Positions 37,571 through 49,674 of a stretch of 64,000 nt of DNA are shown in pieces. The translations under genes and the position numbers were made by a program. Each line of letters starts with the position of its first letter. The stretch's first letter is position 1. Origin of the DNA: Eutreptiella sp. 'Long Island Sound 2002' (Eukaryota; Protista; Euglenida); assembly GCA_964036045.1 (NCBI GenBank), contig OZ038378.1, positions 11,036,001 to 11,100,000 of the forward strand. The letters run 5' to 3'. The notes under the pieces are model-generated. The model saw nothing but the letters and a program-made list of their open reading frames with translations. It had not been told where the DNA came from and did no database searches.

Positions 37571-38865
37571 AGCAAGAAGCGCGGTTTGAGACAGGGCACC
37601 TCCCCTCCCCAATGACAGGGCCTTTGGTCACCCCGAATGCACCTGCCGGACCCGATCCCAAGAGGTCTCACGTGGCCCCGATTACACACAAATCCGCCGG
37701 AAAATACTGGGGCCGGGTGCTTCGACACAAACCCCACCGCCGTTGGTGCCTTTGGCCCTCCGGGGGCAGCCGCCGTGTGCATAGGACATCGTCGCATCCG
37801 CAACAGCCTTTCATTGTTACTGCTGGCGACCCACTGCCTTGTAGCCCCCCCGCTGGTGTTGGACGTTCGGCCCACTTCTCAAAGATTTCCAGAATTTCAG
37901 TGTAATAGGGCGGGGTTCACTGGAGCTCGTTCCTACCCCCCCCCCCCCCCCAGAAGGGTCCGCCGTGTCTGCCGTGCTTATGGAGCCCAACTTCACAAGT
38001 GGCAGTCTGTGCAGCAACTCCACTGCACTGGACAGGAGCATTGGGCCGCAACCGTTTGACCATCTCGTCTCAGCTGGTACACGTAAGGGGCATGACGCGC
38101 CCACTACCCAAATCCACGTTGTACCGGGTATGCGCACACGTAAGTAGTATTTGCACAGTGTCCACAAACTATGCCTCGAGACTGCAAGCTGTGCACGGTG
38201 TCTATATACAGCGCACGAGTAAATTGTCTGACCGAAGATGTTTTTGGAAGGGGGGCTTCCGATCCAATTTCCAAGTAGGGTCTCCTTACAGCATGTGCTC
38301 ATTGTCTACAACCTGTGCACATTGTACAGCAGATATCCACAATGTCTACAGACTGTATGGCAGCATTTGACACAATTTTGATCACACATGACACAGCCTC
38401 CAGAAAACCCCGCCAGAGACCTACCTCCAGAGCCCCCCCCCCCCCAAAAAACAACCAAACCAGGCAAACAACCTGATACCGAGGCCTTGTGCCAACCCCC
38501 CCCCCCCAATATTATAGCCCTGGACGGCCTGCTTGCGCCTCAGATATGGCTGTAGTGCACTCCTGTCTCGAAAGAAGACCGGGGCATCGGTTCCCTGCCC
38601 AATGCAATGGCGCTATGCCCGCCAGTTGGCACTGTAGCTCGGAGCTCGAACACCCCCAGGACGTTCCTCCTCCTCCTCCCTGTCGTTTGAGCCCCTTTAC
38701 TGACGTATATGCGACGTACGCGCATGCATACGCGGATACGCATACGGGCATACGCGCATGTACGTACAGCCCTCGTCAGAGGGGGGCCTCGTGCTGACCC
38801 ACGGCCGACAGGCACGTGGCTCTAGGGGTGTCGGGGCTGCGTTTCAGCAGCATTTTCTCTCACAG

Positions 38866-39097
38866 GACGGCTCTACGCTCGTCACGTGTGCCATTCGCCC
38901 GGCGGCGATTTACGGTGAGGGGGAGGAGCGGCACTTCCCGCGAATCGTGTCCCATTTCGACATGGGCCTGTTCCTGTTCACGATCGGCCGCCCGTCGGAC
39001 CGTGTGGACTGGGTCCATGTGGACAACCTGACGCAGGCGTGCGATCGGGCCCTCCACGCGCTGGCGGCGTGCCAAGGCCCCACGAAGGCCCCGGCAG
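38866..39097 (+). CDS. SDR42E1: SDR42E1-like exon 4: TCAIRPAAIYGEGEERHFPRI...DWVHVDNLTQA
   Basis: ctctcacag| acceptor, phase-1 donor |GTACTG. Confidence 0.92.
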
Positions 39098-39734
39098 GTA
39101 CTGCACGGTTCCCCTCGGGCACACGTAAACTCTGTTTCTTTGTCTTTCGGACGTTGTACCGAACACGCAGCATGGCGAGGCACTTCGTTACTGTGTCGGC
39201 GGTGGAGGTGGTTGCGAGGCAGGTGTCTATTGGCCCTCGATGAGGGATCGCCCCCCGCCCCCCCCTGACGTTCCCTGCACCCACCACCCACCCACCGTGA
39301 AACATGACCATAGTCCCGTCTGCGGGTCACCCGTGCCTGCTCGTAGCCGTCTTGCGGCTGATCTTCTCGGTCTTCTGAGATTGACGGACGTCGGGCAAGA
39401 CCCTCCTCCCCGTTCCCTTCATGATTGTTGTTTTGATGGTTTTTGTTTGGACGCTACCACTCACCCTGACGTACTGCTGGCAGAGGTTGTGCCCGTATCG
39501 CGCACGGGGCTGTCCTCGAGCAGAAGGACTTTCTTTTCCTTTCGTCTTCACGCGTGGAACGGCCTGAGGTCTCGGGTGGATGGATTGCGGTCAACCGACG
39601 ACGGTTGGCGGCCAACCGACTTCGATGGGTAACCGACAGCTTTTGCTGGCCGGCCTGTGCGCTTGTGAGGCCCAGGCGTACCGGAGCACGTTTTCTGGCA
39701 TTCATGACAGCCCGCATCCCCTTCTGCTGCTCAG

Positions 39735-39931
39735 GGAAGGCCTACTTCATATCCGACGGTGCGCCAATCAACAATTTCGAGTTCCTGCGCCCTTTGGCAG
39801 AGGCCGTGGGGGCGCCCTTTCCCTCCCTCCGCCTCCCCGCGTCCATGGCCCTTGTCATTGCGCGCGTCGGGGAAGTGTTGCACTACGTCACGGGGCTGGA
39901 GCCCCTGCTCACTCGCGCGGAGGTCTACAAG
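39735..39931 (+). CDS. SDR42E1: SDR42E1-like exon 5: GKAYFISDGAPINNFEF...PLLTRAEVYK
   Basis: Phase-1 acceptor gctcag|, phase-0 donor |GTATTT. Confidence 0.92.
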
Positions 39932-40204
39932 GTATTTGGGCGTGCCGTTTTCCACGGGATGACTGTGTGATTGCGGTCATGTGAGGATGGGAATGAGGCT
40001 ATTTAGAACGAGCCGACCTGCCTGAGCATCCATGTCTCGTTAGGAGTTAGCCGCTTGCCCGCCTCAGTACTACCTACCGCTCGCACACACTGGAGGCGTT
40101 TGCTTGCGGGTTGGTCCACTGAAACGCGGGGAGGGGTGGGCGGTTCTTTTCTTTATTAAGGTACGGGGGGTGGGGTACGGCAGAGGGTACTGGGGGGATG
40201 ATAC

Positions 40205-42110
40205 GGGGGGTAGGGGGGAGTTGGACTTGGATTTGATGGCCAATCTTGTGGCTCACAGGACTCCCGGGCAGGGCGTCCTGTGGCGTACGATGGGGCCCCA
40301 CGACTGTGCATATTGGTGGGCCATGCCATGTGAAATGCACACCCCTGGCCCTCGACGGACCCCCCAGCACGCGTCCCTGGGTGCCGGAGTCAAGCCCATG
40401 CCGGAGCAGGGCCATGCCCCGCTCGTCTCACACGGCGCTCCTGGTGCCTGCCCCACAACGTTGCTGGGCCTCGCCCCTGCACCCTCTCCGGGGGCGCAGG
40501 GCCACCCACGCCCCGACCTGCCCACGCCACCCCCCCCCCCTTCCCCCCAGTGTGGGTGTATGTCACAGGCATAACTGTGTCCACGGCCGCGCTGCGCCTT
40601 GCCTGAACATCCCTCCGGGGTGGCCGTTCCCCTCCGGGGCCTGTGGCGGGTCTTTTTCGTGGGTCCTTGCAGGGGGCTTGCCCAAAATGTTTCGAAAAGC
40701 ATACCCACCCTGCCCCCGTTTCGCCCCTGCTCCCTAGTGGTCTGCGGTCTTGGGCCCGCTCCCGCCGCTCAGCCCCGACGGGCCGGTGGGTAGGCGGGGC
40801 ATGAGGGTGGGTACGAGGGGTGGGGGGGGGGGTGATGGGTGGGGGGTACAGGCGGAGGTACGGGGGGGGTTATGGGGGCGGGGTTACCCGTGCACATGAG
40901 ACGGCGGTGTATAGTCTGTAGACACGGTCTGCCACATGTAGACGTGGTCTGCTAATTATAGACACTGCTGGCATGTTGCAGACGCGAAGTGCCAATACGT
41001 GGGAACGGGGCCAAAGGCCCTTCCCCCCAAAAAGTATGCTGAAATTGTTTGCCCCTATGTCTCTCGAGTGAACGAAGCGAGCGAGGAGGCACATAGGAGT
41101 GGAGGAGGTCCGGGGGGATTACGGGGGGTACGGGGGATGGATGGATGGATGGATGGCGTAAGCTTGCGGGGGGGTGGCTCCCTGCGCTGAGGCTCTGATT
41201 GCTTACGGTCCTTACCAGCAAAGCTGCTTGAATTTGGGGTGCCTGTTGGCGTAGCTGACCCTCGGGATTTAAGCTCTGATGGGATAGAGCATGTGACCCG
41301 TCAGCTTACGGTGGGCAGTTTTAGGCAGCCCTCCCCCCCCTCCCCGAACTGCTGTAGAATGTTTGGAACAACTTGAAGCACCGAAGGTCCCCCCTAGGTG
41401 CCCACAGGCACAATAAAAGGGGGAGGAGAGGGAAAGAGGGAGGGATCTAATAATGTACACGCTCACTATCCGGGTGCCTCACTTGCTCTGCAGCATCCCA
41501 CGGCGACCCCCTAGGCTACTCCCATAGGGGCATCTCAACTAGGGGCAACACACTAGGGGTGCTTCAGGGGAAACAGGGCACCAGGGTGCAGAGATGAGAG
41601 GGGGAGGGGAGGAGGGGGGCAGGCAATTGGAGGTGACCAAGGCCCCCCTAGGCACCATCTCTCAGGCCATCTTAAGCTGACGGAGCCCCCTCTGGCTGCC
41701 CTGTTCTCTGGTTTGTTTGTGATGGCCAAGTGCCATGCGGACCCCCACACCACAGCAAGGTCACTGGCCCCAGGGTTTACTTGGGTGTACGGGGGGTTTG
41801 GGGGAATACGGGGTGGGGGCTGGGGGGGATTTTGGATTTGCATTTAGATTTGGAGGCTGATCTTAAGGCTCACAGGACGCGTGGGGTGGAGCATGATGGC
41901 GTCCCTGACGACGCTGCATATCAGCTGGCCATGCCATGTTATGCACTCCCGGGGCCCTCTACCGACCCTCCCATTGTTCCCTCTGCTTTGCCGGGCCGGG
42001 TGGCTGAGCTGGGTTGCGCCCCGTGCCCTGGCCGGGGCGCCCCGGATACGTGGCCGCCACCGTCCGGCGCGCTGTCTCTTGCCCCTACCCACTTTCTTGA
42101 GGGGCTGCAG
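40205..42110 (+). repeat. Two diverged copies of a dispersed repeat (~40205-40520 and ~41815-42110)
   Basis: Shared 'ttggatttg...gctcacagga...gcatat...gccatgccatgt' blocks. Confidence 0.7.
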
Positions 42111-42800
42111 CACGTGGGCGGTAGCTCACTGCAGCCAACCCCCGCCCAGTTACCAATTGAGGGGCTATGGGGGTGCTGCACTGGCAGCCCTCCTAGTGCA
42201 GCTGCCACGACCACAGCCGTCGTGCTGTTGTGGTTGCGGCAACCGTCCCGCAGCAGTTTTCATGCAGTAACATTTCAGCTTCTGCTTTCGCGCTGCAGGC
42301 ACACAGCCGCTCTCCTGCAGTAGCATGTTGGCTATAGCTCACTGCAGCCAACCCCTGCCCTGTTACCCATGCATGGGCTATGGGGGTGCTGCACCAGCAG
42401 CCTTCTTGCTGCAGCTGCCGCAGCTGTAGCTATCGTGATGTCGTGCTGCTACGGCTGTGGCAGCTTTCCTCTGCAGTTGTCGTGCAGCAGCATTTTAGCT
42501 GCTGCTTTCCTGCTACAAGCGTAGCAGCAGCTTTGTTGCTGCAGCATGTGGGCACTCTGCAGCCAACCCCCGCCCTGTTACCACCGCAAGGGCTATGGGG
42601 GCGCCTCACCGTAAGCCTTCCTGCTGGAGCTGCAGCTACTGTGCTGGCAACTTTTTGGCTGCAGCTGTCTTGCTGAAATGCTTACTGCATAGTAGCCCTT
42701 TTGCTGCAGCAGCATGTGGGCAGCAGCTCACTGCAGCCAACCCCCGCCCCGTTACCTGCAATTGTGGTGCTGCAGCTGCAGCGGCAGCCTTGGGGGAGGG
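42110..42800. repeat. Tandem ~200-bp GCA/GCT-rich units, 4 copies
   Basis: 'ctcactgcagccaacccc.gccc.gttacc' at ~42126, 42338, 42555 and 42728. Confidence 0.8.
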
Positions 42801-44068
42801 AGGGGGGGGGGGGGGGGCAAAAGCTGCCCTCCCTGTTTTCTGGTCCCCAATGAGGCACCAGCCCACAGCCTGCACCCTCGCTTTGTGATGGCTTAAAGTT
42901 GGGCCGACTGGGGGGTTGGAGATGGTTTGAAGGGGGCTATGAGGGCGGGTAAGGAGGGACGAGGGGATGGAAGGGGTGGGGCGGGTACGGGGAGGCTACG
43001 GGGCGGGCGACTTTGTGCCGACCATCGTGCCGACCATGGAGAGATTTTGACAAACAGGTGGAGTGGAAAAGGTACAAAGGAGCAACCTGTATTGCGCAGG
43101 AAAGGAGGCAATATAATTCACGTGCGGCTGCAATCTGGAGGAGCTAAACACAGTTGCGGCGGGGGCGACTTCATGCTGTATATGTTTCGGACCTTGAAAA
43201 CCCAATCTTTCTTGTGGCTCTGCATGTGCTGCCTGTTGTGCTGCCTGATTCATCACCATCACACATGTGACCGATCACCCCTCACCCAACGGGTGGGCCG
43301 GTCAGATGGACGGAGCCCCCCCCCCACCCCCTGCCGCCCCAACTGTCTGTGTACTTAAAATCGGCCTCAAGTTTCCGACCCCTCTGGTAAATCACCTCGA
43401 AGAGAGTTTGTTGGACCAGGGGCAGGCTGAATCAACGTTCATTCTCATTTGAGCAGGTATTTTCATGGCATACCTCAAAGTAAGAAATCTTGGATGTTTT
43501 GTTGGCGGAAAATCATGTTTTGATGTGACAAAAATATCCCTGAGATATTTTTTCAATTTTGGCTTACTCAATCTGGTTTCCCACTTTTGAGGAGGAATGG
43601 GTAGGATTGGGGCGGTTCAAATTGAGCCCCAATTTCTTTTTGGAATTCCAAATCGCGAATCACCTCCGCAAATGTTGTGACATTAGATCTGGGCGGGTCC
43701 GCCAGCCTGTATTTGAAACACCACAAATCCTGACCTTCTGGGGCTTTTCATGTACCAAAGCCCAAGGTGTTAGATTCAGGGTTTCAACGCTTGTAAAACC
43801 CTTGTATTGTCCATTAAAAGCATCGCCCTGTAAGCTTTTGGTTCCAGACCCCCAAAACTGAAAGCTCCTATGTTTTTGTTGGGGGGGGGAAGGGGGACGA
43901 AGGTGCTGTTTGGGTAAAGATTGGGCGCATTCAGCCACTATGTGCTCAGCCACACGCAGGGAGCTGTGCACACTGATCTGATAGAGGGGGAGATATACAC
44001 ACTGATGGAGGGGGCCCCTGCACTCTACCACTCCGTGCGTACTCCCTCTCCCCACGGCTCTTTCACAG

Positions 44069-44599
44069 GTCGGTGTCACACACCACTTCTCCACTGCAGC
44101 AGCAGAGCGGGACCTCGGTTACAGCCCCACGCTCACGTCCTCCGAGGGGGCGCAGCGCATGGCGGCGTACTACCGCGGCCGACGCACTAACACCCACTAC
44201 TTTCGCCTCGCGCCCGTCACGGCCTGGGCCGCCGTCCTCATTGGCATGGGGCTGCTGACCTGCTACGCCCTGGAGGACGCGGCGCACGCCTCCGCAGCGC
44301 TGCTGGAGTACACCTCGACCCCCGGCACTGCCTCACTGCACTGGGCGGTGCTTGCGCTCCGGGCCCTGGCTTACGCCCTCTTCGGGACGCAGGGCGTGTT
44401 GCAGTGCGTACTGCTCGCGGCGATCGCGGCGCACGCCGTAGAGGCGGTGGTTGCTGCCCGGATGAGCCGTGGCATGGGGTGCACCAAGACTTGGGGGCTG
44501 TGGGCCCTGCAGACATTCTGCCTGGGATACCCGTCCCTGCGGTTGTTGTTGATGCGCCGCCGGTGGTGTGCGGGACCGGGGGCGTCGAAGTGCGACTGA
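44069..44599 (+). CDS. SDR42E1: SDR42E1-like exon 6: end of the SDR domain (VGVTHHFS...RDLGYSP) plus a TMEM254/DUF4499-like membrane domain
   Basis: tttcacag| acceptor in phase 0, motif AHAVEAVVA...WGLWALQTFCLGYPSLRLL, TGA at 44597. The spliced CDS is 1473 nt = 490 aa plus stop. Confidence 0.88.
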   Translation, partial: VGVTHHFSTAAAERDLGYSPTLTSSEGAQRMAAYYRGRRTNTHYFRLAPVTAWAAVLIGMGLLTCYALEDAAHASAALLEYTSTPGTASLHWAVLALRALAYALFGTQGVLQCVLLAAIAAHAVEAVVAARMSRGMGCTKTWGLWALQTFCLGYPSLRLLLMRRRWCAGPGASKCD

Positions 44600-45343
44600 G
44601 GCTCGACGGCGCTGCTGTGGCCAGTCGGGGGCGGGTTGGCCCGCACCCCCCGGCACATCGGACATGATCACGGGGCCTTCCGCTCTACCCTTGGGACTGA
44701 ACGTAGCTGCTGCGTGCCGAACCCCTCGGAATGACACGTGAGCGGTGTCACCGAGTGGCACAAGGCACGGGGTGCAGCCCCTAGGCCCCGATTTCCAGGA
44801 TTCGCCCCCGTTTTGTGCCCCCATCGATTTTTGGGTTTTCGGACACAGTCGATGAAGCCGTTATCACAGTAGCACCACCTCCCCCTTCTGGTGTGGGTAG
44901 GCCATCGTGGGCCTGTATGGACGCCTGTTCAAAGGGCCTCACCTGCCGGCAGTCACAGAGAAGTGCAAGTGCACTCAATGATTGTGGGCAATTCAAATGT
45001 CTGGCAATTTTGCCCTTGTGCTAGAATGACCGTGCTTCAACTGCCCCACGCTTGTAACCTCGAGACTCCTCCCCGGACGAGTGCAGCCGACCTCGAAGAT
45101 GCGATTCGACTGCGCCCCGTGGGCTCCCCACACGCGCCGTTGGGGCCACGCCACGGCTTCGGATCCAGAGTCAGCAGCATCTGAAGGTTCTGGTGCTGAC
45201 CCGCACATTCACAATGGATTTCACCCGCTCTCATGAGCAGAAAGCATGGTGGTCTCAGGTGAAGGGCCTTCACCAGAAGAAATTTTGTTCACTTTTTTCC
45301 TTTAAGTTTGGCAGTTAGTAGGTGGGTGGGTGCCTGCCTTTGT

Positions 45344-45391
<48 letters not shown>

Positions 45392-46959
45392 CCCCCCCCC
45401 CCCCCTCAGGTGGCTAAGAAACGGCCTGGAAGTGGCATTGGAAATTGGTTGTCCTCGGGCCTGCTGGAGGGCTGTCGTCCCACTCAAAACCGGGGTTTGC
45501 ACATATTTGCATTTCTCGTAAATCGAGCCTGAGGTAGGTATCTGAGGTAGATTCTTTTTGATGAAAGGAACCTTGACACAAATCGTCCATCCTCAGCATC
45601 TCTACATTTCCTGTTTGACTCAAATGGATGAAAGATACCAAGTTGTGTGCCCAAGGCACTGGATGGCCAGGAATACAGGAGCACAGCAAGGAACAGCAAG
45701 GTTTTTTTGAGACTAATGACTGGAAGACGCACTGCAGCAGGCATTTGATGGGATGCAGTAACAACGAGGGAGGTAAGTGGCCACGATGGGCAATTATTGC
45801 AGGCTGCATTTCCGGAGGAGGGCTTTGAGTTCGTGAACAAGTGAACAAGTTGTGGACAATGTGGTCATCCAGCCAAGTATGTCACAATGCTGCACACAGG
45901 ACATGGGTAGCACATCGTTGGCTTGGATTGATCTGGCAGCAGGAGCTGTTGCTACTCCCAAGGAGGTATCCCCGCACATTTCATGAGCGTCCCTGCAGGC
46001 GCTGTTGAAACGGCCCAGAAACGCCCCCTTAATGTGGTGCTCTGATTTGTTGGACATCGTCCTCCGATTTGTGAAGGGCGGGGACCTGTGGTGCAGCGAA
46101 TGCACGTAGAGTGATCCCGGTGCACGCGCAGAGGTCATGTGCCATGAGCAAGGCCTGCACGGACGGGGGCATTGTACACTTCTAAAGGGGCGCGTCGCAA
46201 GGGAAGCGGAAGTGAAGCCCACATTGAAAGTCAGACAAATAGATCGATGTTTGAAAAGGAGATGGAATGTGGCTTGAACCCCGAAAGAAAGAGACGGCGT
46301 CCCTTCGACGGCCCCCCCACGCCAATGGTTGCGGTACATTGAGGTGCACATCACTGGCCCAACGGTACAACCCAATCACAATGGTACCACAACATGGGGG
46401 GGGGGGGGCAATGGTTGTGCAATACTCCATTGAACACCGCGCTCGAAGTCACAGAGGAATCAACTTTGACCCACTACTGATTTGGTATAAGGGCCTTTTG
46501 AAACGGCCGTGGGATGATGTACAGTTCTGAAGTTAGGGCGAGAGTCCATTCACACCGGGTCGTTGCGCATCAAGGAGACACGCAGGCGACGGCGGCCTCA
46601 ATATGCGTCGAAGGGGCCATGGGGGTCACCTGGGCGGCAACAATACCTGCTTGTGGAACACGCGCCCTGTCATCAGCGTTCTGGAGATCTCGGGGCTTGA
46701 GGGTGTATTGCACCGGATGGTGTCACAGAGGAGTGGGACTGTGTATTGGGCCAGCGATGGACTTTGACACGGGGCAGCCCCCATCTGATGGTCCAGGGCC
46801 CCTTTCTGGTCATGCCATCAGAATGATAGGCTTTTGTGAAAAAAAGAGCACTGCCAAGAGATCATGAGAACGCATACTCACCGCAACACTGCCTCATTAT
46901 GCATGCGGGCCTCAACGGGAACGCTAATCCTGCGCCGCACAATTTGGGTAATTAACAGC

Positions 46960-47420
46960 AGCCCAGGACCCGACCCCAAGGGAGGGGGTACCCCCCCCTC
47001 TACAGGCCCCAGAATGGTTGTATGGATCGATGGGTTCTGTGCCCCTGAGATTTTGTTTCAGGCATACGGCAGTGGGATATTTTTTCAGTTGCTCCTATGT
47101 GCTGTACTCAAAATACTGAGAATTTGTGGAGAATTCGAAATTGGGTGAAAAACACAAAGAAACAATTTGACCCTGACCCGACCTCCGGGTCGCACCTTGG
47201 CTGATGAGAGCCTGAGCTGATGGGCAATTTTTTTTGAAAAAGTTTTACCCCACTTGTGTACATTTAAAATGATCAGCGCGTCATGGGGATTATTTTGAGG
47301 TATGTATGTTGGGGTGCCCACCTAACCGGGCACCGAAGGAAATGGGGGGGTGGGGGACCGCCCCCCCTTCTACAAACCCTGAAATGGTTGAACACCCCTT
47401 GGGGCCGCCTGGCTAGGAGC
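46960..47420 (+). repeat. Dispersed repeat family, with other copies at ~48400-48780 and ~63040-63340 and a related inverted part at ~27860-27935
   Basis: Shared 'ctcaaaatact.aga.tttgtgga.aattc' and 'cctccgg.tc..accttggctgatg.gagcctg' blocks. Confidence 0.85.
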
Positions 47421-47869
47421 CGCCCCCATGGCACCCTCTGGACTCTGGCCATGGCCGGCTGTTCTGCACGCGGCATGCCATTCATCGGCAGCATGTTCTG
47501 CATCAAGGCAATGGCAACTCCAAACCCTTGTGTTGCAGTGGTCACTTCTATAGCCCGATCACTGTTGAGCCCCAACCCAGAAAAACACCAAACACCCACG
47601 AGTGGTTTTGCATAGCTGCACTTCAAAGTGGTGTTGTAGGGAGCAGCGGCTCGCCAGGCTTGCCCTGGGCAGCTTTTTAGGCCAAAATGCCCCACAGGGG
47701 GGGGGGGGGGGTCCCCAGGTCCTAGGCCGCGGACTATCCCCCCCCCCCCCCAAGGGGTCTCCAGCCAACAATTAGTTGCCAAAGGCGCGGGCCTCAGGAG
47801 TCCATGGGCGCCTGATGATCCACAGACACCAAAGGCACCCGAAGGAATTTTCATGCTATTTGCACCCCA

Positions 47870-48035
47870 ACACTATCCAACCCAACCCTAACCCTAACGC
47901 CCACCCCAACCCTAAGCCTAGTCCTACCCCTACCCATACCCCTACCTCGAGCCCGAACCCCAACCCTAGCCCTAACCCTAACCCTAGCCTAACCCCGGCC
48001 CTAGTCGTAACCCTGGGCTAGGGTTAGAGCTAGTG
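47870..48035. repeat. Degenerate interstitial telomere-like (CCCTAA)n tract
   Basis: aaccctaaccctaa...ccctagccctaaccctaaccctagcctaa, ending in a short reversed TAGGGTTAG. Confidence 0.8.
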
Positions 48036-49149
48036 TTGGGGGCCAAAATGGAGAGCAATGATGTGGCAAAAAGCAGCCATGAATGAAATTTGGAAGATCT
48101 TGCTTAGCCTAATCAAAATGGCTGGCATGGCCGGACCAACTTATGGTTAGACGGAGGGCAAGGGGAGGTAAGGAGAGCCTGTGATTAACCAACGCTTGGC
48201 ATTGGGAGCAGCCCCCCCCAAGCCCCTCCGAATCGCCCCTCTTGGACCCCCCCCCCTTATCGCCCCTCCCGGACCCCTCCTGCCAAGGGGGGCGGCCAGT
48301 TCGAATTCCACACCCCCCCCCCTCCCCCTCCAGACCCCCCCAAAGTTTTCAAACCCATCTTTCTCCAGTTTGAGATTTTGGGGGAAAGGGTTGGCGCTGA
48401 AGGCGCTGAAAATTTTTTTTTGCCCTTCCTGAGGGGGTATTTTGTTTTATCCTATGTGTCTATACTCAAAATACTCAGATTTTTGTGGAAAATTCAAAAA
48501 TGTTTGAAAAACACAGAAAAATTTTTGTCCCCTGACATTACCTCCGGGTCTGACCTTGGCTGATGGGAGCCTGAGCTAATGAGCAAGTTTTTTCTGAAAA
48601 TTTTCTTTACCCCATTTGTGTATGTTCAAAATGATCAGCGCGTCATGGGGATCATTTTGAGGTATGTATGTTGGGGTACCCACTGACCCCCCTCTACGGA
48701 CCCCGGCGGCTGACCGGCCGACCCACCTACCCCCCCCCCCCCCTCCAGACCCCCAAAAGTTTTTGCACCCGGTTGGGGTCTAGAATTTGAACAGGCCGCC
48801 CCCCTTGCCCCCTACTAGCCCCCCCCCCCCCTCTGGCCAGCAATTTGTGTGTGTGTGGGGGGGGGGAAGTCCGCGTTCAAACCTGAGGGGTTGGCCTCCC
48901 CTTGTGACATGCCCCAACCAACACGATACTAAGCAACCAAGGGCTATGCTCCATAACATACACTCCTACCACGGTGCTTTGGATACCCGAGGACGCAGGG
49001 ATATGTAGCCACTTTAATTTCTCTCCGCCTTGGAGAAATCAAGACAGCAATGGTTATGTCGCAGCTTTTCATTGTGTCTGCTCATCCTTCCAGTGCTATT
49101 GCTGTTAACCAACCCATGTTATTACTCTCCACATTGGTGACCCCCAAGA

Positions 49150-49330
49150 AGGCAAGGGCTATGTAGTTGTTTCAGTTTTACTTTCAGGTCTGTCACCCCC
49201 CTTATGGACCATGGGAACACGTTTCCTCTCACATTTGGAATACTTTTGATGCATCTTAAGTGCCACTTGAGAGGATGGAGTGGACGGGGTTGTCGTTTGT
49301 GCACTGTGCCCCCAGAAGCACACCACCACA
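49150..49330 (+). mobile_element. Diverged fragment of the same transposase family
   Basis: 'tcaccccccttatggaccatgggaacacgtttcctctcacatttgga' aligns with 58378-58425. Confidence 0.6.
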
Positions 49331-49634
49331 CTTTGTGGTGATCGTAATGAAAATTATTTTGCTGAGTGTAGTAAAGCCAGAATAATTGGTAGAAAAGGAG
49401 CGTGCCGGCTGCGTGCCGCGCAACCAATCCCCCACAAGCAATAGATTTGTTGTGGTTTGGCAGGATATGCTGGTTGAGGATGATGTTCTGTTTGCTGCGC
49501 CTGCCCCCTACCCCAACCTCATGGGTGTCAACATGATGATCTTCAACACCACATGATCTCCAATACCACATGGCCTAGTCTGAGGAGACTACCTAGCCCC
49601 CCTTGAGAAATACCCAGCCGTGTATTTCCCCCCA

Positions 49635-49674
49635 GGGGTGGGGGTGGGGGTGGGGGTGGGGGTGGGGGTGGGGG
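49635..49674 (+). repeat. (GGGGGT)n tract, potential G-quadruplex
   Basis: Seven consecutive G4-5 runs, each separated by a single T. Confidence 0.9.

Noticed and set aside
36994-37875. Heptad-like ORFs (LTPLDTALT...) suggesting a coiled-coil protein
   Set aside because: They are translations of the 21-bp minisatellite, and lie inside a well-supported intron of the SDR42E1-like gene.
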